Notes: generated from the sequence alone by a model not told the origin. DNA of 63,230 nt, filler included, from Octopus bimaculoides (GCF_001194135.2; 5 parts of 5 records of this genome joined end to end with filler, not necessarily neighbours in it), one strand, 5' to 3'. Shown: positions 25,330-39,291, counted from the first letter of the whole stretch. Numbers and translations: made by a program.

Positions 25330-27030
25330 CAAGATAGCATATGAATAAATACATAAAAGATGAAAAGACAAGAATTTTTAAATATCAAATTGGAAGCGCC
25401 TAGAGCCGAATGGTGTCCAAGGATATGAGATGAAGAAGCTGAGAAAGCTCCATGGATACCAGGACAGCCGGATATGTGCTTAGAAGAAGGCTCAGTACCT
25501 AGCTGGTTGATAACTGGAAGACATTTTTATGCGTCAAGAAACTTGAAAAGAGTAACATTATAGCCAAATTTCTACCAATAACGTGTCTTCCGTCAATGTG
25601 TAAACTATTGTCAGGTGTTTTGGCAGATGAATTGTATGGGTATGTAGAAAAATGTGGGCTGCTACCGACTGAGCAGAACCAGTGTCGAAAGAGGATCCAG
25701 AGGACGGATGAACAGCTGTTAATTAACAAGCTAGTAATCAGAAACTGCAAGAGAAGGCACACAGTTTTCAGCATGGCATCGATTGCTTATCGTAAAACAT
25801 ATATGATACCGCGCTCATGGATTACAAGAACTATGGAAATGTCTGGAGTAGCAGAAAACATGAGGTGCCTTATATGGAACAGTATAAAATATTGGAGAAC
25901 TGAATTGAGAGCAGGGAATCAGGTGTTAGGATAAATAAAGATTAGGAGGGGAATCTTCTAGGGAGACAGTGTATGCCCATTGATCTTTGTACTGGGAATA
26001 TTTCCTTTGAGTGAAATACTGCGAAAGACGGTGTTAGGAAGTGGCAAAGAAAAAATTAATCTTTTGCTATTCATGGATGATTTGAAGTTGTTCACAAAAA
26101 CGTATGAGAGAATTAGGCAGTCTAATCCATTCAGTGTGGATTTTCTCAAATGATATCAAGATGGAGTTTGGACTTTCAGAAAATGAGCCGTGATGGTGAT
26201 GAGACAAGGAAAGTTTGTCAGAAAAGAAGGCATATGTATGTCAAGGGGTGAAATGATGAAGTCAGTTGAACCTAAATCCAAATATAAATACCCGGAAATA
26301 CTTGAGGCAAATGGAATTAAGCCTGATCATATGGAAGAAAAGATAAAGAAAAAGTATCTATGGTGATTAAGAAAGATATTGGATTGAAAGTTGAATGCTA
26401 GCAACATAATTTTCGCAACAAAAAAAAAAAAATTGCGCGCAGTTGCAGTGGTTCGGTATGGCACTGGAATTCTGAAATAGAGGATGAAATAAATGAGTTG
26501 GTCAGGTAGACAAGAAAAGTCCTAACCATGCATGAAGTCCTTCATCTACCTGCAGACATTGATCGTTTATACATGAAGGGAGAAAATAGTGGCATGGGAC
26601 TAATAAATGTGGAAGACTGAGTACATATTAAACATAAGAACTTGCTGAGATATCTAATCCAAAGTAAAGAAAATTTGCTAGTGGCATATTGAAAGCAGGG
26701 AGAAGGGAAAATAACAAACAAAAAGTACACGAAGGGCATGAAGAATTTCTACTCAACAAGAAACTACGCAATCAGTTGCTGGAGAACATAAGTGGGACTG
26801 GCTGAAGAAAGGAACACTTGAAAAGGAGGCTGCAAGCACTGTAATTGGTGCACAAAACCAGAAATTGGAGGGTCAACTTTAGAAATGAGCAAGTGTCTCT
26901 TTTGTACTGAATTTGCAATGGATTTGACAAAATCACTGCCCAGATATAACTGAATTGTCGACTTTCGCAAAACCCAAATAAGTTGTGGCGATATGTTGAG
27001 GTAGCAAAAGTGTTGCTTTGGAAACTGAAA
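25330..27030 (+). mobile_element. R4/Dong-type non-LTR retrotransposon relic
   Basis: NWKAP.P.GVQG start of RT, LLPTEQNQCRKRIQRTDEQLLINKLV, IRRGIF*GDSVCPLIFV, INLLLFMDDLKLF, LHLPADIDRLYMKGENSGMGL; many stops. Confidence 0.88.
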
Positions 27031-27393
27031 CTGAAAAGTGGGGCTTAAGGATTTGAGTGAATGAATGAGTTCAGCTAATGAAGTGTTTGCTTTTAGACTG
27101 GTATTACGAAAGATATGTTTGTGAGTGGATTGATATTCGGAATTTCACTGGGTTAATAGTGACTCCACTGTAGGATCTAGTGGTGGATCCTGTTGTTAAT
27201 ATGTACGGATAGTAAAACGTGCGTATTGAATGATTTCAAAATATCACTATTTGCTCTGACATTATTATCACAACTTATATATATATATCTATATATATAC
27301 TGTTGTATCTGGGGAGCGTCATTCTCTATTAGTGCCTTATAATCTAACACACTCACCAGTAAAATTTCCACTGGTTTCTTTCTTTAATTTTCT

Positions 27394-27478
27394 AAAAGTT
27401 TTGTTGCGTCTTGCAACTTTTTCAGTTGTTTTGATTCTCTTCTTTTGAGAAAAGGTTGCAAGACGCAACGAAAGTTTT
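27394..27478 (+). ncRNA. Long RNA-like hairpin (candidate pre-miRNA or tiny foldback element)
   Basis: 27399-27423 pairs with 27449-27473 over 25 contiguous positions (23 Watson-Crick + 2 G:U), with a 25-nt loop and 4 further basal pairs after a G-G mismatch. Confidence 0.35.
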
Positions 27479-28229
27479 TTAAAAATAAAGGAAGAAATGA
27501 GGGGAATTTTACCGGTGAGTGTGTTAAATTATAAGGCGCTAAAAGAGAATGACTCTCCCCAGACACAACAGAATATGCTTCAACACACGAACTCACATAA
27601 AAAATCTTGCTAACCAAATCCCAAAACGATACCCCACCTCTACCCCCACCCTCAGTCTAACCCATACCCTACCCTTGATTTCCACACTCTCGCCTCACCA
27701 CCTCCCAACACCATCACACCACACCACTCACTACTACACCATACACCATACCACACAACACATCACATCACATCACACCACCACGCACACACTAGTACTG
27801 ACCACTTCCCAGCCCCACACCCTCACACCTACACACACACACACACATGTCAAGGTCACCAGCCCTCTTCCACACGCACATACATACTCTCTTATACACA
27901 TGCTCACACACCTTCGTTTCGGTATCACTACTACTTTATTATCTCCCCTTCCCCCTTTTCTCTCTGTTTCTTCCATCTTCGTCCTTTCTTTCCCTGTTTT
28001 TATTTTCTTCTCCCACCTCTCATATATTTTTTTCTCCTCACACCTTTTTGCATTTTTCTCCCCACACCTTTTGAATTTTTCCTCCCCACTTCTTTATTTT
28101 CCTTCTCTCTCTTTCCCTTTCCCCCCTTTTTTCTCCTTTCTTTCTCTTCTCTTCTCGTTTTACAATCATTCCCGATTACAAACCTTTCCTCCTCCACCAC
28201 CACCGTCAGCCTTCGATTAACCTTTCCCT

Positions 28230-30260
28230 ACTAATTTTCAAAGAAAAAACTCGTTTCTCTAGTCACATTTCATTTCTCAGTCGCTGCTTACATCACCTCC
28301 TCATCCCTAAAGGTTTCCGCCTCCATTTCCACCCCACTCTCCACCCTGCTACAACCATCCTACCCATACTCCGTACTACATCCTACCGCCTTATGCGTGT
28401 CACTATTCGCTCTAATCTCTCTAAAATACACACCATCGACCGTCTTCTCCCTCTTGCTTTTTCCATCTACTTCTCCTCTCAGTCTCCCTCCCATGCTAAT
28501 ACTACGCCATGTTACATAATTCATTTAAATCATCTCTTTCATCAATTTCTCGCTCACACCAAACAACGTAAACTCCACTCATTCCTCCATTCCATCATAC
28601 CCGATGCCACTACCCTAACTCCTCCAATACCCTCTCCCTCCCTGATACGCTCCCCCACTCTCACTCAACCACCCGTCCATCCACCCCCNNNNNNNNNNNN
28701 NNNNNNNNNNNNNNNNNNNNNNNNNNNNNNNNNNNNNNNNNNNNNNNNNNNNNNNNNNNNNNNNNNNNNNNNNNNNNNNNNNNNNNNNNNNNNNNNNNNN
28801 NNNNNNNNNNNNNNNNNNNNNNNNNNNNNNNNNNNNNNNNNNNNNNNNNNNNNNNNNNNNNNNNNNNNNNNNNNNNNNNNNNNNNNNNNNNNNNNNNNNN
28901 NNNNNNNNNNNNNNNNNNNNNNNNNNNNNNNNNNNNNNNNNNNNNNNNNNNNNNNNNNNNNNNNNNNNNNNNNNNNNNNNNNNNNNNNNNNNNNNNNNNN
29001 NNNNNNNNNNNNNNNNNNNNNNNNNNNNNNNNNNNNNNNNNNNNNNNNNNNNNNNNNNNNNNNNNNNNNNNNNNNNNNNNNNNNNNNNNNNNNNNNNNNN
29101 NNNNNNNNNNNNNNNNNNNNNNNNNNNNNNNNNNNNNNNNNNNNNNNNNNNNNNNNNNNNNNNNNNNNNNNNNNNNNNNNNNNNNNNNNNNNNNNNNNNN
29201 NNNNNNNNNNNNNNNNNNNNNNNNNNNNNNNNNNNNNNNNNNNNNNNNNNNNNNNNNNNNNNNNNNNNNNNNNNNNNNNNNNNNNNNNNNNNNNNNNNNN
29301 NNNNNNNNNNNNNNNNNNNNNNNNNNNNNNNNNNNNNNNNNNNNNNNNNNNNNNNNNNNNNNNNNNNNNNNNNNNNNNNNNNNNNNNNNNNNNNNNNNNN
29401 NNNNNNNNNNNNNNNNNNNNNNNNNNNNNNNNNNNNNNNNNNNNNNNNNNNNNNNNNNNNNNNNNNNNNNAACCACGCGATTTGTTTGTTCAAATATTTC
29501 TCCTTCCCTCCTGGCCCCTCTAAACTTCTCTTTACTCTCGACATCCAGAGCCTTTACACGGTGATCCCTCACCACGAGGGGCTGCGTGCACTCCAACATT
29601 TTCTTGACCTTCGACCCAACCGCCCAACCTGACATATCCACACTTGTTCTTCTGGTCGAACTTGTCCTCTCACTCAACTGCATCTCGTTCGCTGGTGATT
29701 TCTACCAGGAGTTCTCGGGAGTGGCCATGGGAACGAGAATGGGCCCCAACGATGCGAACCTGTTCGTTGGCTACGTTGAGACCCAAATATTCTCAAGTTT
29801 CACTGGTTCCACTCCCGAACTATACGGCCTTTATATTGACGATTGTATCGGTGCGACCTCACTCTCTCGCGAACATCTAGACTATTTCCTCTCTTTTGTC
29901 AAATCTTTCTATCATGCTCTCCACTTCTCCTGCACTATCTCTGATACCTCTGTCTCATTTCTTGACATTTCAGTCAGCATTCATCACTCCACTGTCACCA
30001 CCTCCATCCACTGCAAACACAGACTCACACTCATACCTAAACTTCTCCTCCTCCCACCCTAAACACACCAAGCTTTCCATCCCCTATTCCCAATTCCTCC
30101 GTCTACGCAGGCTCTGTAGTGACGACCATGACTTTGAGACTCAGTCTCAACTCATAGCTCGCCACTTCATCCTACGTGAATATCCTCTCACCACTATCCG
30201 CACCACCCTTGCCAGAGCACGTTCCGTGGACCGTGTATCTTCTCTCTCCCCCCGATCCCA
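28230..30260 (+). mobile_element. Penelope-like element relic (Neptune-like RT), gap at 28689-29470
   Basis: N-terminal SHISFLSRCLHHLLIPKGFRL. RT DIQSLYTVIPHHEGL, GVAMGTRMGPNDANLFVGYVE, YIDD, VSFLDISV and HSYLNFSSSHPKHTKLSIPYSQFLRLRRLCSDD. Confidence 0.9.
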
Positions 30261-30369
30261 NNNNNNNNNNNNNNNNNNNNNNNNNNNNNNNNNNNNNNNN
30301 NNNNTTAATTAATTAANNNNNNNNNNNNNNNNNNNNNNNNNNNNNNNNNNNNNNNNNNNNTATATATAT

Positions 30370-30542
30370 ATATTCGCCATGATAGATCGCTAGCCACTAC
30401 ACATTCTTTATTTTCTCTCCCTGTTTCTTTCTGTGTTTCCTTCTGTGGAAGAGCAGAGGCTCGAAACGTTAAAGTAATACATCTGTTTGCTGTCTACACC
30501 ACCTTTCTTCGTCTTTTGTTTTTTTTTCCGAATTCTCCATAA
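30370..30542 (+). mobile_element. PLE pseudo-LTR-like fragment containing hammerhead motif at 30439-30474
   Basis: CCTT-CTGTGGA-A-GAGC-AGAG-GCTC-GAAA-CGT-T-AAAG. Downstream TACACCACCT..TCGTCT block is shared with 54700-54730. Confidence 0.6.
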
Positions 30543-32394
30543 TGTATGTATGTATGTATGTATGTATGTATGTATGTATGTATGTATGTATGTATGTATG
30601 TGTGTGTATGTATGTATGTTTAAAAACTGTTCATTTAATCTGGTATGAAGGTAGCGATCCTAGGATATATACTTACATGTACAATATGTGAAGTGTTATG
30701 CACACAAAGTATATGAGCTAAAATGAAATTAAATGTGTTAAAACCTAGAATTTAAAACAGTTTGATTGTGATTTATCATAATAATAGTTACCACAATGAG
30801 TTTTTGAAAATATTTAAACGTAAAACACTTTGGTACCTCATTTTTGAAATTTAGGTGAATATTTTAGGAAATATGATAATTTGAATGGTTAGCGAAATGG
30901 TCAAAATTTTGCCTAATTAGCATAAATGAATAATTAGCCATATTTGTGATGTCATATCTTTGAAACTGAGGTGATAATCATCTTCAAATTAAACAATTTA
31001 ATAGTGACCATGGTGTAACAGTTTCCGCTTCTCTTTTTCAGGTTCTTGGAAACAAAACTTGTTTTACAGCAATATTTTAAATATTCATGTCAAGCTTATT
31101 TTGGTACATCTCACAAACAGTCAATTCCGCAGTGTTTTCACACCTAGTTAAATTCAAAAGTACAAGTCACAGAGACTTGAGTTTTGATATATTTGTAGAT
31201 GGTATAGAAATAAATAAATTCTGAGATTTTGAAACATGACAGCATCTCAATAAAATTTTAATAGACTATTAAAAATGGCTATAAACGGCAAAGTTTCGGA
31301 TGAAGACGTCCGCATAAGTTGGATTTTTTCCAGTTTTTTTTTTTGTATCACGAGCTTGGAAATTATGGGAGAAAGCTTTTTATCAAAAATGTTTATCCCC
31401 CCACTCCCGGACTGACTTTGACCAATTTTTATTTCTTTTCTTTTCTTTTTTTTTTTTGCACTACGCACTTAAAAACGATGGGAGAAACCGTTTCAGTAAA
31501 TAAAAAAAAAGTTTTGAAAATATTTTCAAATGAAAATATGTACGATTTAAGGGAGATTTAGCTATTTCTAACTAATCCCACAGCCACCTGATACCTTTCT
31601 CACAATTGTAANNNNNNNNNNNNNNNNNNNNNNNNNNNNNNNNNNNNNNNNNNNNNNNNNNNNNNNNNNNNNNNNNNNNNNNNNNNNNNNNNNNNNNNNN
31701 NNNNNNNNNNNNNNNNNNNNNNNNNNNNNNNNNNNNNNNNNNNNNNNNNNNNNNNNNNNNNNNNNNNNNNNNNNNNNNNNNNNNNNNNNNNNNNNNNNNN
31801 NNNNNNNNNNNNNNNNNNNNNNNNNNNNNNNNNNNNNNNNNNNNNNNNNNNNNNNNNNNNNNNNNNNNNNNNNNNNNNNNNNNNNNNNNNNNNNNNNNNN
31901 NNNNNNNNNNNNNNNNNNNNNNNNNNNNNNNNNNNNNNNNNNNNNNNNNNNNNNNNNNNNNNNNNNNNNNNNNNNNNNNNNNNNNNNNNNNNNNNNNNNN
32001 NNNNNNNNNNNNNNNNNNNNNNNNNNNNNNNNNNNNNNNNNNNNNNNNNNNNNNNNNNNNNNNNNNNNNNNNNNNNNNNNNNNNNNNNNNNNNNNNNNNN
32101 NNNNNNNNNNNNNNNNNNNNNNNNNNNNNNNNNNNNNNNNNNNNNNNNNNNNNNNNNNNNNNNNNNNNNNNNNNNNNNNNNNNNNNNNNNNNNNNNNNNN
32201 NNNNNNNNNNNNNNNNNNNNNNNNNNNNNNNNNNNNNNNNNNNNNNNNNNNNNNNNNNNNNNNNNNNNNNNNNNNNNNNNNNNNNNNNNNNNNNNNNNNN
32301 NNNNNNNNNNNNNNNNNNNNNNNNNNNNNNNNNNNNNNNNNNNNNNNNNNNNNNNNNNNNNNNNNNNNNNNNNAAAAAAAAAAGAAAATAGAGT

Positions 32395-32750
32395 AATAGG
32401 TGTAAAACAACGCGTAAGATGTCTGTAAGCAATTCCAGAACAACAAAATCCGTTACTTTCTCTGATGATCAGGAATTTGTTGCTCTTCGATTACTATTGC
32501 ATAGAGCAGTAGCTTTCTTCAGCTGAATACACACCGTTGATTGGTTAAAATTACCCAAATACGACAGCTTTAACACGAAAAAACTTCTAAAATACGAAAT
32601 TTTGTCAAAGATGGTTGAAAGTAAACCGTGCTCTGCGTGAGAAATTACACGAGTATACGAAGTTTTAAAATGTTTAGTTAAAAAAAAAAAATAATTAAAA
32701 AATCTGCGAGCGAAACTGAAGAGATCCATATTCACAATAACAAAGTTCGT
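32395..32750 (+). mobile_element. Non-autonomous DNA element related to 62040-62640
   Basis: GTTGATTGGTTAAAATTACCCAAATACGACAGCTTTAACACGAAA matches the reverse complement of 62195-62235. Confidence 0.5.
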
Positions 32751-33245
32751 GGAAGAACATACACACAGATGTATATATAGTATGTGCATATATATCTGTG
32801 TGTACGTCTTGTTTTTGTGTCTGTGTGTGTAAGAGTATGTATGTGTATCTCTTAATGCGTATAAGTGTATATGCACAAATGTGCATATACATCTGTGCGT
32901 GTGTGTGTGTATGTGTGTTATTAACGTTTCAGTAAAGACTTCGTATATAGTTTGAGAGAATTTTGCATTGATATGCCTTTGACATGCCATGAAGTAACTT
33001 TACAAACAACTGGCCAACTAGCAATTGTAACGAAAATTTTGTTAAAATCGATTATTTGCTTGATTTCACAATAGCCAATAGAAAAAAAATCTTGAGAACA
33101 TTGTGTATGAAAATACTTGTGTATAGCTAAGAAATCTGTTCACAAATAACAAAAACTAAGAATTTTCATAGAAATTATTGAGAAGATCTTCGAAGAGACC
33201 TAAATGAACAAAAACTGCTTACATACATTATAGGTGCATGTGTCT

Positions 33246-33317
<72 letters not shown>

Positions 33318-33515
33318 GAGAGAGAGAGAGAGAGAGAGCGCAGAGAGAGATCAGAGAGAGTGAGAGATAGTGAGAGAGATGGTCTGTGTGTATGGTGGAG
33401 TGTGTGTGGGTGCTTGCATGTATGACTGGGTGTATATCTATGTATTGTTGTAACTGAAAAGAATATAAATAAATATCAGGTGATATAGTGTATGAATAAT
33501 CTTGTTTATCCCAAG

Positions 33516-33790
33516 ATCCAACTTAATCGCTCAGACTTATGATTTAAAGCAGGTAAGGACAACTTTTACCAGAAGCGGACTGTATAAGACATGGCTCATC
33601 CTCATGCAGTCTGCACTACAGTTTGCTCACGACTGATTTAAAACTTCTACAGGTGAAAAACACTTTACTGAAGCCGTCCAACGATTTGTGGGACATTCCA
33701 GTTGTTTTATCTAGCACATCGAGAGCCACAATAAGATTCTTTTGTTTTATAAGACAGCAATTTTACACTGGAAGAATTTCTGGAAAATCT
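33516..33790 (+). CDS. Candidate exon pair (33516-33552, 33653-33790) of an unidentified gene
   Basis: CAG|GTAAGG donor, 100-nt intron with CTGAT branch-like motif and CTTCTACAG acceptor, second donor GTAAGA. In-frame join SNLIAQTYDLKQ|VKNTLLKPSNDLWDIP...GKS. No homology recognised. Confidence 0.2.
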
Positions 33791-34557
33791 GTAAGAATGC
33801 TTGTTATGGCGAACTGGCAAACATACAACAAATCGTTTCGAGGGGCATATAATAAATTAGTTGCATTTATATACACTCATGGATATGTATTTACGGAATC
33901 TCTATGTATTTACCCACATAGCGAGATAAATTTGTAAATATAATTTTTTATATATATTTACCCGTTAAACTAATGTTTATTTTCCGGGTAATCTAAAAAT
34001 AAAGGTTTGAGAATAAATGAGATTTACTGTAATTAACCAAGTAATAAACTCAGAAAAGTCACAGGATAGAAGAGAGCAATATTGAGGATGAATATATTAT
34101 AGTTAACTATGTAGAGTGACGCTATACATATACGCTATATATATATATATATATATNNNNNNNNNNNNNNNNNNNNNNNNNNNNNNNNNNNNNNNNNNNN
34201 NNNNNNNNNNNNNNNNNNNNNNNNNNNNNNNNNNNNNNNNNNNNNNNNNNNNNNNNNNNNNNNNNNNNNNNNNNNNNNNNNNNNNNNNNNNNNNNNNNNN
34301 NNNNNNNNNNNNNNNNNNNNNNNNNNNNNNNNNNNNNNNNNNNNNNNNNNNNNNNNNNNNNNNNNNNNNNNNNNNNNNNNNNNNNNNNNNNNNNNNNNNN
34401 NNNNNNNNNNNNNNNNNNNNNNNNNNNNNNNNNNNNNNNNNNNNNNNNNNNNNNNNNNNNNNNNNNNNNNNNNNNNNNNNNNNNNNNNNNNNNNNNNNNN
34501 NNNNNNNNNNNNNNATACTTACATAGGCATTAGTGTATTTACCAATATATGTGCGTA

Positions 34558-34611
<54 letters not shown>

Positions 34612-35179
34612 TATACACATATTTATATATATATATATATTGATAAACAGACCAACATTTATGCTAGTATATTGATAGGTGGTATAACGAAATATTAATT
34701 CATTCAAAAATCTTTTGCTTATATCAAAACAATAGATATAAATCCATTATTTGACACGATATAACAAAATGATACCTTAAAATCTTCTACGTATTCTCTT
34801 TTGACAGTAATTATTTTTGAAGTATTCAAATGTGAATATTTTCATGATTATTTGCATTTTAAGATTGTCCTGGAAAATGGTCTTCTATGGACAGCATGCA
34901 ATACCAACTAGATATGGAGAAACTGTGGTAAAAAAAAGATCTCACTGGAAGAAGCAGACGACACTATTTGAGAAGTAGGGGTAAGTAGAGTAGAAGATTT
35001 AGAGAAACAGAAAGAGGAAAAGAAATATACGAAAGTGTAATGAGCGTGTGGTTGTATGTATGAGAGAGAGAAAGAGAGGGAGAGAGGGAACGAGAGAGAG
35101 GAGAAGAGGCAGAAACAGAATCAGACAGAAGGAGAAGACAGAGAAAGAAAGAAATATAGAACGAAAGAAAGTATGTACA

Positions 35180-35213
<34 letters not shown>

Positions 35214-35933
35214 CATGCATGCATACATACATACATACATACATACATACATACATACATACATACATACATACATACAAAGTGGTATCAAAAGTTCCTA
35301 GATTAGTTATAATTAATAAAAAATAACATATTTACCTAAGATTTAACATAATCTCCTTCAAAATAGTTCNNNNNNNNNNNNNNNNNNNNNNNNNNNNNNN
35401 NNNNNNNNNNNNNNNNNNNNNNNNNNNNNNNNNNNNNNNNNNNNNNNNNNNNNNNNNNNNNNNNNNNNNNNNNNNNNNNNNNNNNNNNNNNNNNNNNNNN
35501 NNNNNNNNNNNNNNNNNNNNNNNNNNNNNNNNNNNNNNNNNNNNNNNNNNNNNNNNNNNNNNNNNNNNNNNNNNNNNNNNNNNNNNNNNNNNNNNNNNNN
35601 NNNNNNNNNNNNNNNNNNNNNNNNNNNNNNNNNNNNNNNNNNNNNNNNNNNNNNNNNNNNNNNNNNNNNNNNNNNNNNNNNNNNNNNNNNNNNNNNNNNN
35701 NNNNNNNNNNNNNNNNNNNNNNNNNNNNNNNNNNNNNNNNNNNNNNNNNNNNNNNNNNNNNNNNNNNNNNNNNNNNNNNNNNNNNNNNNNNNNNNNNNNN
35801 NNNNNNNNNNNNNNNNNNNNNNNNNNNNNNNNNNNNNNNNNNNNNNNNNNNNNNNNNNNNNNNNNNNNNNNNNNNNNNNNNNNNNNNNNNNNNNNNNNTA
35901 GAACGAAAGAAAGTATGTACATACATACATACA

Positions 35934-35967
<34 letters not shown>

Positions 35968-36018
35968 CATGCATGCATACATACATACATACATACATAC
36001 ATACATACATACATACAT

Positions 36019-36480
36019 ACAAAGTGGTATCAAAAGTTCCTAGATTAGTTATAATTAATAAAAAATAACATATTTACCTAAGATTTAACATAATCTCCTT
36101 CAAAATAGTTCCAGTGTTCCTGCCACTTTTGTAATCTGGCCTGGAAGTTGTTATCCATAAGCAAGTTGAGGATCTTCTGTGATTTACTCTGGATCTTGAC
36201 AATTGTGTTAAAACGGTAACCTTTGAACTGCATTTTCATCTTGGGCAAGAGATGGAAGTCCACAGGTGCTAAATCTGGTGAATAGGGTGGGTGCAGAAGC
36301 AATGTCCTGTTGTTTATGGTGAGTAACTCACGAGTGAGGAGAGCTCGGTGACAAGGTGCTTTGTCATTGTGAAGAATTCAATTACTCACGCTTCACAGAT
36401 CCTATCGCTTTCGCAGAATGTCCGCCTGCGAAAGTGAAAGCCGTCAACGAAAAACTCCGGCACTAGAAGAGATTAACTGA
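36019..36480 (-). mobile_element. Mariner (DD34D) 3' fragment with TIR
   Basis: HNDKAPCH...LHPPYSPDLAPVD has 34 residues between the catalytic Asps, followed by FQARLQKWQEHW...YFEGD and the TIR ACAAAGTGGTATCAAAAGTTCCTAGA. Confidence 0.88.
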
Positions 36481-39227
36481 AAGTAAAATGATTAACAAAA
36501 AATTCAAAAGTAAGCCATTAGTAGTCTACAGAGAGGACAATCAATAAATATCATAGTAGACCTTTTCTTGGAAGGTTCAGTCATTTTGGAGAAAAATCTA
36601 GAGCAAAACAAAGGTGTTTGATCAGAGCAGGGTGACTACAAGAAAGACGGAACAATTGAAAAGACTTAATTGTCGGATACTGATAGAAAGAAACTGAAAT
36701 TGCACATCCAGGGAAGTTGCACATTTGAGCAACAAATCAATAAATGAGAAGTTCCATGCATTCTAGCAAAAGTTCATACCTGAATGTACTTCCAGAGAGC
36801 TTCAAACATTGGCAATCAAAATAATTTTTCCTTGATTAACAACTGTAATATTAACTCTCATTTTGAAGACTATACTCTTGCAATAAGGGCGCGGAAAATA
36901 GCCAGAAAGTACTTTATGTGTATAATTACACATACATACGCTCATGCATGTTGTATTAATGGAACTGCTAAAATCGCTTGTGCGTGTTTGTGTAAGTTTC
37001 ATAAACATAGCCATATGTGATTGTGTAACTAGCTCATGTGGTTCATTCTGCAGGAACAAGCCCGAGGAATATTCAACAAGTTTTAACCGAGTATTACCGA
37101 CATATCAAAGTATTTACTCCAGCAAATTTGTCATTTAAAAGAAACGTAATTTAAATTCATTGATATGCAATCAAGTTAAATCACACTTGTAGCTCATCAA
37201 ATCTTTCATATATTGCTCTCAAATGCTTCCTCTTTTGGTAGATCGAACTGAGACATTTCATAAAACTTTATTAACCAGACGAAGCAAGTCGAGCTTTACT
37301 CAGTTTCGCCCAAGGCTTTCTCCATATCATATATATTCACGTATTATAATGTACATTTATATAAGTATATAAGAACGTATGATTGCATAATCGTGTATGT
37401 GTATCTATCAAGTTGAATATATAAATGCTGATGTATATGTATGCATATGAATGAATATATGTATGTGTATGTGTGTGTTTGTGTTTGTGTGTGTATGTTG
37501 TTTGTTTGTTTGTTTGTGTGTGTGTGAGTGTCCGTGTGTGTGCTTGTGTGTATGTGTGTACACGCGCTCCCGCGTGTATTTGAAGAAATATTTTCTTCAC
37601 TTAAAGGTTATTAATTATATAAAAATTCTTTGAAATAACAAAATGATTCAAACTTTTTGGAAGGAAGTTTTCTTGTGTGAAACGCTTTTTGCGGTTTTCA
37701 GCTTTTCAAACACACGTGTTATAAGCTAATGCGTATAGAGCTTGTTTTAGTAGCGTTGTTAATTTTATTCAGTTTCGTTTCGGATTTAGAATTCTTATGA
37801 AGTATTCTTCTTTCGTAGTTGAACATTTGCCTTTTCCTTTTATTTTCAAAACCGGGACTATTTTCAGTTTGCTACTTGCAAAAATGTATGAACAGCTGAA
37901 AAAAGCGAAAAGTGCTTAACACAACACGAAAACTTCTTTTCAAAATGTTTGTGTCATTCTGTTACTTTTAAGATTTTTTGAATATAATTAATAAATTTTA
38001 ACTTAAGAAAATCGTGCCTCAAATATTGTGATTGTATCAAATATCTTTTTCCAACAACTTTCCTTTAGATGTGTATGTGTGTATCGTAGGTGTGCGTGCG
38101 TGCGCGCGTGCGTTTATTTTCAGCAAACACTCCACAATATACTTTCAGTGGCATATTAAAAAAATTAAATGACTGAGTTACCAAACTGGAAATGTTAGAC
38201 GTCTAGTGCAGATAATCATTCTCTAAGAGACCACTTAAAACAATACACTTTACTACGAGGTACGAACATTCAAACTACCCGTCTCTCTGCACCCTATTCC
38301 CTTCATCTATTGTAGACTTTTCTCATAAATATATTTTTATTTCATTTCAAGTAGGGATCTGAAGTACTTAACGCTTGGATGTTTAAAGGATAATCTTCGC
38401 TGAGGAAATATACCTAAATGTTTAAACATTATGTTTATAACCATTATTTTAATATTAGTTTAACCGTACGAAGTAGATCAAACGGCATCCTCTACTTTTT
38501 TTTTCAGATGTTTCTGCTGAAAGATATGATGAATCTTGTTGGCCAAACTGAAATTCAAAGCCGCCATTCTGTCTGGTGTGACTAACATTTGTGAAAACTA
38601 TTATCTTGATTCTCAATTATCATATTTCTCATTTCCATAGAAATTAGTCAGTTTTAAACAAAGATAAATATACGTACATATATTTTTTATATGTTACTTT
38701 CTGCTTGAAGGAATCATATTTTTTTTAATTATATCTGGAATATGTATGCTATTCAGAAATTCCTGTGTTGAAATAGATTCAATCTCATACTTGTGATACT
38801 GTTTATTGTATTTCAGTTTATAACCTTAAATATATAGCAGTATAATGTCAACAATTTCTGAATTAAAGAAAATCTTGCTGCGCGGATTTAAACAAAATAT
38901 GCAAGGTATATTAAGAATGATGTGACTGAGTAACTGTGATTTAACTAGTTGATTCGAAACACACTGGACCTCTTTCTTACAAAAGTTATGTGTTCAGTGA
39001 GATTTAAGTAATATTCTCTTTCAAATATTTTAAAATATTTAAATGCCTGTAGCAATTGGTAGTTGATCATGTCACTTTTCAGAGATGCTTGTGTATTGTA
39101 GACAGATTTCGGAATTTTATACTTGTAATTATTTATCTCCGCATGCTTAAAGTGAAGCAACCGAAACCATGACAACTGGAATAAGACGATAATATTTCCC
39201 TCGATTTTTTTGTCTTCAACAACATAC

Positions 39228-39291
39228 CTGCTGGAAGTCTAAGACTTCACGAATCGTTATTCGGAGTTTCTCGGTTTCAACCATCAGATAA
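39228..39291 (-). CDS. Candidate internal coding exon (64 nt)
   Basis: Acceptor TTGGTTCCCTTGCTCTACTGATCCCAG and donor CAG|GTATGT. Phase 2->0 frame reads YLMVETEKLRITIREVLDFQQ. Confidence 0.45.
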
